Positions 7,616 to 12,167 of a stretch of 12,167 nucleotides of DNA are shown one piece after another. The translations under genes were made by a program, and so were the position numbers. Each line of letters opens with the position of its first letter. The first letter of the stretch is position 1. Source of the DNA: Fibrobacterota bacterium (GTDB lineage Bacteria; Fibrobacterota; Fibrobacteria; UBA11236); NCBI GenBank assembly GCA_043753995.1, contig JAYUVP010000270.1, positions 1 to 12,167 on the forward strand, read 5' to 3'. The notes beneath the pieces were generated by a model, which searched no databases, had not been told where the DNA came from, and worked only from the letters and a program-made list of their open reading frames with translations.

Positions 7616-8439
7616 ACACTCTTATTGTGCTGATCATTATCGGCCAGGTGGTTTACACCCTTTGGCGAAAACGGGCGGCGCAAAAAGCGGAGCAAGAGGC
7701 CGATTTTCCGGAAGGAGAAATCCCCGCGGCTGAGCACCCGAAAGCCAGCCGTACGCAAACCTCTGGACAGGTGCGGGGAGCGACGCCGACTTATCGCGCC
7801 GAAGCCCCTGAGGCAAAGGCCCAAACCCAGCGGAGCAAGCCTTTCATTCCCGGCAACGAGGCCGAAGTGCATGAGGAGCATAGCCGAACGCGCCGCAATA
7901 CCCCCGATTGGGATCGCGACACTCATGGCGAGTCGCCTTTCTCAAAGCCTAAGGCCACCTCAGTCGAAAAAGGCACGCCGGGTGCCTCAAGCTCGCCGGT
8001 GCAAAAACCGGCGAAAGGCTTAGGCAGGGATTTGCTCGATCAGCTTGCCAAGGAATTGGGATTGCCGGCTCCCGATGAAATCATCGAACGCCAGTCACGA
8101 CCCGCTCCGGCGAAATCGTCCCCGGCTAAGCCTGAGACCAAGGCTCCGGAAAAAGGGCGTGCCAAGGAGGCCGTCTATGCAGAGCGCAATTATTCTGAGC
8201 GGACCTATGCGGAGAGAAGTGGCCGCGATGATATTCGCCGTCGGCCAACCGCAACCCAAGCGGCGGTCTCGGCCTCGGCGGCAAGCTCTATGCCCTTGGC
8301 CTTACCTCCTCTGGCCTTAATGCGTCCCGAAGATGTCGCCGCCGGAATAGTTGTACAATCGATTTTGAGCGAGGCTCCTGGCTTGCGACTATGGCAACAA
8401 AGCCGTCGATCGCGTCCGAATTCTGCGCCGAAAACGTGA
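7612..8439 (+). CDS. YqfB-like membrane-anchored, largely disordered hypothetical protein
   Basis: N-terminal TM segment followed by basic residues, a long Pro/Ala/Ser/charged low-complexity region, and C-terminal [19 protein letters not shown] resembling the AIIxSEILGxP motif of floA-downstream genes. ATGA overlap with floA. Confidence 0.65.
   Translation: MNTLIVLIIIGQVVYTLWRKRAAQKAEQEADFPEGEIPAAEHPKASRTQTSGQVRGATPTYRAEAPEAKAQTQRSKPFIPGNEAEVHEEHSRTRRNTPDWDRDTHGESPFSKPKATSVEKGTPGASSSPVQKPAKGLGRDLLDQLAKELGLPAPDEIIERQSRPAPAKSSPAKPETKAPEKGRAKEAVYAERNYSERTYAERSGRDDIRRRPTATQAAVSASAASSMPLALPPLALMRPEDVAAGIVVQSILSEAPGLRLWQQSRRSRPNSAPKT
8176..8220 (+). repeat. Three degenerate 15-nt in-frame tandem repeats encoding [15 protein letters not shown]
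   Basis: tatgcagagcgcaat / tattctgagcggacc / tatgcggagagaagt. Confidence 0.65.
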
Positions 8440-8493
8440 TGTTCTTGTAAGCTCTGAATGGCTGCGGTCGCGATGCGCCGCAGGGAGGTTTTC

Positions 8494-9774
8494 TTGGCCC
8501 GCAATGCCCATGCTGACGCCCTGCTGCGTTTCTTAGCCGCCAGCCCCACGTCTTTTCATGCCGTGGCCAATGCCGCCGATGCTTTGCGGCAAGCCGGTGT
8601 GCGCGAACTTCAGGATGCCGAAACCTGGCAATTGGCTCCTGGGGAAAGCGCCTTTCTCATTCGCGGCGGCGGCTCCCTGCTGGCCTTTCGCGCTCCTCTT
8701 CGGCCCGAGGCCAAGACCCTGAAAATCCGCGCTTTGGGAGCGCATACCGACAGCCCTTGCCTCAAGCTTAAGCCCCGACCCACCGAAAGCCTGCAAGGCT
8801 ATCGTCAATGGGGCGTGGAAATCTATGGCGGCGTCTTGCTCAATAGCTGGCTCGATCGCGACCTAGGCATAGCGGGCCGTGTGGTGCGCACCGATGCTGT
8901 CGATGCCGAGCCGATGCTGGTGACCTTGGATCATGCCCCGCTGCGCATTCCCCAATTGGCTATTCATCTCGATCGCCAAGTCAATGAGCAAGGCTTGGTG
9001 CTCAATGCCCAAAGGCATATGCTGCCAGTGCTGGGCTTGACTGGTGGCCCTTCTCTGGAAAGCCTGCTCGAAAGCCAAGTCGGTGTACCCTTCTCGTCCA
9101 TGGTTTTCGACCTTTACCTATATGATACGTCCCTTCCTTGTTACGGTGGCCTGGGCGACGAATTCATTTTCTCAGGTCGCCTGGACAACCTGGCCATGAG
9201 CCATGCCGCCCTGGCGGCCTTTCTCGATGCTGAGGCGCAGGACGCGAATATGCAAGTCGTTGCGCTTTTCGATCATGAGGAAGTGGGTAGCGGTTCGGCG
9301 CGCGGCGCCGACTCTCCCCTGCTGGCCCAGTGCTTGGAGCGCGTTTTGGCGGGCTTCGGAATCGATCGAAACGCTTTTTTTGGAATATTGCCGCGTGGCC
9401 TTTTGCTGTCGGCTGACATGGCCCATGCTCTACATCCCAATTATCCCGAAAAGCATGAGCCAGTGCATTTTCCGCTCATCAATCGCGGACCGGTCTTGAA
9501 ACAAAATGCTTCCCAGCGCTATGCCAGCGATGCCACCACGGCGGCGGCGTTTCTCTCGGCGTGCCAACGCGCCGGGGTTCCCTCCCAGCACTTCATCAAT
9601 CGCGCGGATTTAGGTTGCGGCTCTACCATAGGTCCCCTGCTCGCTTCCGCCACGGGCTTGCCTACGGTGGATGCAGGTAATCCCATGCTTTCGATGCATA
9701 GCTGCCGCGAAATGGCGGGTGCGGACGACCATGGCGCCATGGTGGCCGTAATGCGTGAAATGTTGATGGGCTAA
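8494..9774 (+). CDS. apeB: M18 family (aspartyl) aminopeptidase
   Basis: SPTSFHAV, GAHTDSP, VEIYGG..LNSWLDRDLGIAGRV, IPQLAIHLDR, RLDNL, DHEEVGS, SADMAHALHPNY, GSTIGP and MHSCRE. TTG 8494 follows GGGAGG (8483-8488); the ORF-track start is 8458. Confidence 0.95.
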   Translation: MARNAHADALLRFLAASPTSFHAVANAADALRQAGVRELQDAETWQLAPGESAFLIRGGGSLLAFRAPLRPEAKTLKIRALGAHTDSPCLKLKPRPTESLQGYRQWGVEIYGGVLLNSWLDRDLGIAGRVVRTDAVDAEPMLVTLDHAPLRIPQLAIHLDRQVNEQGLVLNAQRHMLPVLGLTGGPSLESLLESQVGVPFSSMVFDLYLYDTSLPCYGGLGDEFIFSGRLDNLAMSHAALAAFLDAEAQDANMQVVALFDHEEVGSGSARGADSPLLAQCLERVLAGFGIDRNAFFGILPRGLLLSADMAHALHPNYPEKHEPVHFPLINRGPVLKQNASQRYASDATTAAAFLSACQRAGVPSQHFINRADLGCGSTIGPLLASATGLPTVDAGNPMLSMHSCREMAGADDHGAMVAVMREMLMG

Positions 9775-9791
9775 GGCACCAAGACGGGCTA

Positions 9792-9810
9792 ACCCTGCGG
9801 TTCGCAGGGT
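9792..9810. terminator. GC-rich hairpin between the convergent M18 peptidase and queD genes; possible bidirectional terminator
   Basis: ACCCTGCG-GTT-CGCAGGGT is a perfect 8-bp stem. There is no clear U-tract on either strand. Confidence 0.5.
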
Positions 9811-9819
9811 GGCACGGAT

Positions 9820-10182
9820 TCAGCCACGATATTCGGCACGTGCTGTGCAGGTTTCGTGCACGACGATGGCGGACAGCCCAGGCAGGGCAGGCTTCAAACG
9901 ATTCCAAATCCAAATGGCTAATACCTCAGATGTGGGATTTTCCAAACCTGGGACGTCTTGATTTAAAAAGCGATGATCGAGTTCGTTGACCAGGGGTTTG
10001 CAAACGGCCTTGATGTCGGCATAGTCCATGACCCAACCCGTGTGGGCATCGATATCGCCGGTCACTTGCACTTCGACGCGAAAGCTATGGCCGTGAATAC
10101 GGCCGCACTTGTGGCCGAGCGGCACATGGGGAAGAAAATGCGCGGACTCGAAACGGAATTCCTTAACAATCGTCATGGCCAT
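9820..10182 (-). CDS. queD: 6-carboxy-5,6,7,8-tetrahydropterin synthase
   Basis: [23 protein letters not shown] (Cys-X3-His-Gly-His), [24 protein letters not shown] and VHETCT. Start is ATG 10182 or 10176. Confidence 0.96.
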   Translation of the reverse strand: MAMTIVKEFRFESAHFLPHVPLGHKCGRIHGHSFRVEVQVTGDIDAHTGWVMDYADIKAVCKPLVNELDHRFLNQDVPGLENPTSEVLAIWIWNRLKPALPGLSAIVVHETCTARAEYRG

Positions 10183-10206
10183 AGGGGCAAAGGTAGGTAA
10201 GGCCGG

Positions 10207-10248
10207 GGGAAGGGTGGCTTGTAGCTCCAGAAAATGCCACCCTCTCCC
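10207..10248. other. Inverted repeat between the SGNH gene end and queD
   Basis: AGGGTGGC(10211-10218)/GCCACCCT(10236-10243), extended by GGGA(10207-10210)/TCCC(10245-10248) with a one-base bulge and a 17-nt loop. Confidence 0.55.
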
Positions 10249-10311
10249 ACTCAAAAGTTTGGCTTCGCGCGAAAACGTGGTAGTGCAGCGGCCAATACTT
10301 AATCCCGCGCA

Positions 10312-11688
10312 TTAGGGATTGGGAAGAATCCTTTTCCCACGCGCCGTGAACTTATTGGCCTTGAATACGTAAAAGTTCATGCCCTTCTCAAGGTCTAGGC
10401 TCCTATTGGCCACGGTAGGTTTGCCTCCGGGAAATTTTCCGCGCGCGGAATCGCCCGGGACTTCTTGCCGCTCCCCCACCCTGACCACGGATTGCGAGAA
10501 CAAATCCAGATGGATGGATTGGCCCATCAAACGGTAACCCGAGGCGGTCGGGTGCAATCCATCGTTTTGATAGGATGCGATTCCGAGCTTGGTGGTATCC
10601 GTTGTACTTCTCGTCGCCTTATCAAAATCGATCACCGCATCGAAATTCCCCGGGGCGCGTATCCAGGCATTGACGGTCCTCCGGCACGACTCGCTCAATG
10701 GGTTGTAATAACTGTTGCCATTAAAGGCCATGATGGTCGCTCCATAGACCTTCTTGTTTTCGGCATGGGCATCGGCCACCATACGACGGTAAGCGCCGAT
10801 CAAATTTCCGGCAACCTTCACCGCCATAGAATCAGTAGTGACGCCACCGATGTCATTCACGCCTTCGAAGACGATGACCCATTGAACGCCTTGCTGACCG
10901 AGAATATCCCGCTGGAAGCGACTCACTCCGCTTGGCCCTAGGCAATCGGTCAGAACGCAATTGCCGCCGATTCCCTGATTGAGTACGCCTATCTGCTGGG
11001 TGCCGAGATGATCGAGAAGGGCAACCGACAAAATATCCGGCCAGCGATCTTGCCCATCGGTCGTTGAACCCCGTCCGTCCGTGATGGAATTACCGAGAAT
11101 GGCAATGGCAGCCGCCGAGCTAGGCGCTTTCACATCCACGGAGTTGAGGAAGTACCAATGCTCGGTCGGGGTGGAACCATTGAAATTACCCGCGGAAGTG
11201 CGATCGCCCGCGAGTAAATAGGAGGTGGTGCGAGATCCGGGATGACCGGTTAAGGTCGCCGAGGTTTGGCCGAAATAAAGGGTGATGGCAAGGTCCATCC
11301 TGGGGGTGAGCGGGAATGCAATCGGATCGGAATAGGCTGAGGAATTCGCACTAAGGGTCACGGTCGTATTACCGCCGAACCGCAATTCCTTGGTCGTCGC
11401 CGTAGGAATGGCGCCACCTCCCGTCGAAGCCGCGATTTTTACCGAATTCAGAGTCACCGGACTGGTTCCGAAATCATTGGAGAATTTCACTCGCAAAGTG
11501 TCTCCGCCTATCGATACCCGGATCAATTGCCGTAGTGAATTGTTGGTAAGGCCTGGCGCTGGCGGCATATTGGCCGCCTCCACTAACTGTTGCGCCGCAC
11601 TCCAAGTTCCCACCCATTTCGATTCGGCGAAAATATTCCCGCAAACCAAGGTCGTGAAGAGACCAATGCATCGAAGAATTATCCGCAT
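10312..11688 (-). CDS. Secreted SGNH/GDSL hydrolase (XynE-like putative carbohydrate esterase) with N-terminal beta domain and C-terminal extension
   Basis: Signal peptide MRIILR...IFA|ESKWVGTW, then SLRQLIRVSIGG, block I LGNSITDG, block II NQGIGGN, block III EGVND and block V DGLHP. Start ATG 11688 avoids overlap with the permease. Confidence 0.9.
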   Translation of the reverse strand: MRIILRCIGLFTTLVCGNIFAESKWVGTWSAAQQLVEAANMPPAPGLTNNSLRQLIRVSIGGDTLRVKFSNDFGTSPVTLNSVKIAASTGGGAIPTATTKELRFGGNTTVTLSANSSAYSDPIAFPLTPRMDLAITLYFGQTSATLTGHPGSRTTSYLLAGDRTSAGNFNGSTPTEHWYFLNSVDVKAPSSAAAIAILGNSITDGRGSTTDGQDRWPDILSVALLDHLGTQQIGVLNQGIGGNCVLTDCLGPSGVSRFQRDILGQQGVQWVIVFEGVNDIGGVTTDSMAVKVAGNLIGAYRRMVADAHAENKKVYGATIMAFNGNSYYNPLSESCRRTVNAWIRAPGNFDAVIDFDKATRSTTDTTKLGIASYQNDGLHPTASGYRLMGQSIHLDLFSQSVVRVGERQEVPGDSARGKFPGGKPTVANRSLDLEKGMNFYVFKANKFTARGKRILPNP

Positions 11689-11717
11689 GGTAATACACTT
11701 TCCAAAATCAAGTGTCC

Positions 11718-12167
11718 TCAATGCGCCATCAACCAACCGACGCCCCCAGCGGCCAGACACAAATAAAGCAGGGGCAAAAGGGTGAATCGCATCACGGTCC
11801 CTTCTTTACCCAAGAGGCCGACCATAGCCGATGCCGCCACAACATTGGGGACGCTTATCATAGTTCCCGCAGCCGCACCTACGGTTTGCATGGTTAGAAT
11901 GAGGGATGGTTCGAGCCCCACATCCCGGGCCACCGCAAGTTGCAGGTTGGCAAACATGAGATTGCTAAAGGTCGCACTACCCGATAGGAAAGAGCCGAGC
12001 GCGCCAACCAAAGGCGCAAGCAATGGCCAATGGCCTTCTGCGTGGCGGGCGGCATGGCCTGCCAACTCAATGGGCATGGAGTTCAGGCCATGGGCATTTT
12101 CGCCAGAGTGGATGAAAATGCGCACCATGGGCAAGGCTGAGGCCAAGGTCAATGCGCTGGAGCCAAT
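11718..12167 (-). CDS. L-lactate permease (LctP/LutP family), C-terminal part; gene begins beyond the window edge
   Basis: WPLLAPLVGALGSFLSGSATFSNLMFANLQ and QTVGAAAGTMISVPNVVAA...VGLLGKEG are typical of the lactate permease C-terminus. Confidence 0.88.
   Translation of the reverse strand: MGSSALTLASALPMVRIFIHSGENAHGLNSMPIELAGHAARHAEGHWPLLAPLVGALGSFLSGSATFSNLMFANLQLAVARDVGLEPSLILTMQTVGAAAGTMISVPNVVAASAMVGLLGKEGTVMRFTLLPLLYLCLAAGGVGWLMAH

Noticed and set aside
2001..10182. dUTPase plus queD as a phage-like or Dpd-type 7-deazaguanine DNA-modification system
   Set aside because: The genes are about 7 kb apart on opposite strands. No dpdA/tgt, queC, queE, folE or phage genes are in the window.
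10183..10311. preQ1 riboswitch upstream of queD
   Set aside because: No recognisable preQ1-I pattern (short stem with a UUCG-like loop and A-rich tail). The putative promoter sits too close to the ATG to leave room for a leader.
11060..11110. GNS instead of GDS in SGNH block I as a sign of inactivation
   Set aside because: The catalytic Ser, Gly, Asn and the DxxH motif are all intact. The Asp-to-Asn change does not remove the nucleophile.
60..11897. Numerous short alternative-frame and antisense ORFs (60-160 aa) in the ORF track
   Set aside because: They largely overlap well-supported genes and show no family motifs.

Overview
Gene-dense bacterial chromosomal window, probably Fibrobacterota or a relative. 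That assignment is inferred from a TIGR02147-family gene coupled to a lipoprotein and from the basic C-terminal tail of a secreted esterase. Gene order: priA 3' end (+), orphan extracellular solute-binding lipoprotein (+), dimeric all-alpha dUTPase (+), a reverse-strand two-gene cassette of TIGR02147/DUF4423 putative regulator and lipoprotein (-), an AT-rich divergent promoter region, a membrane-microdomain operon of long NfeD protease, short NfeD, floA and a YqfB-like protein followed by an M18 aminopeptidase (+), then queD (-), a secreted SGNH/GDSL esterase (-) and the 3' end of an L-lactate permease (-). I saw no rRNA, tRNA, CRISPR array or transposase. The best candidate for an under-described system is the translationally coupled TIGR02147-lipoprotein module with palindromes and repeats upstream. 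Secondary points are the double-NfeD flotillin operon, putative leaderless promoters and structured leaders. All family assignments come from motif recognition, not database searches.
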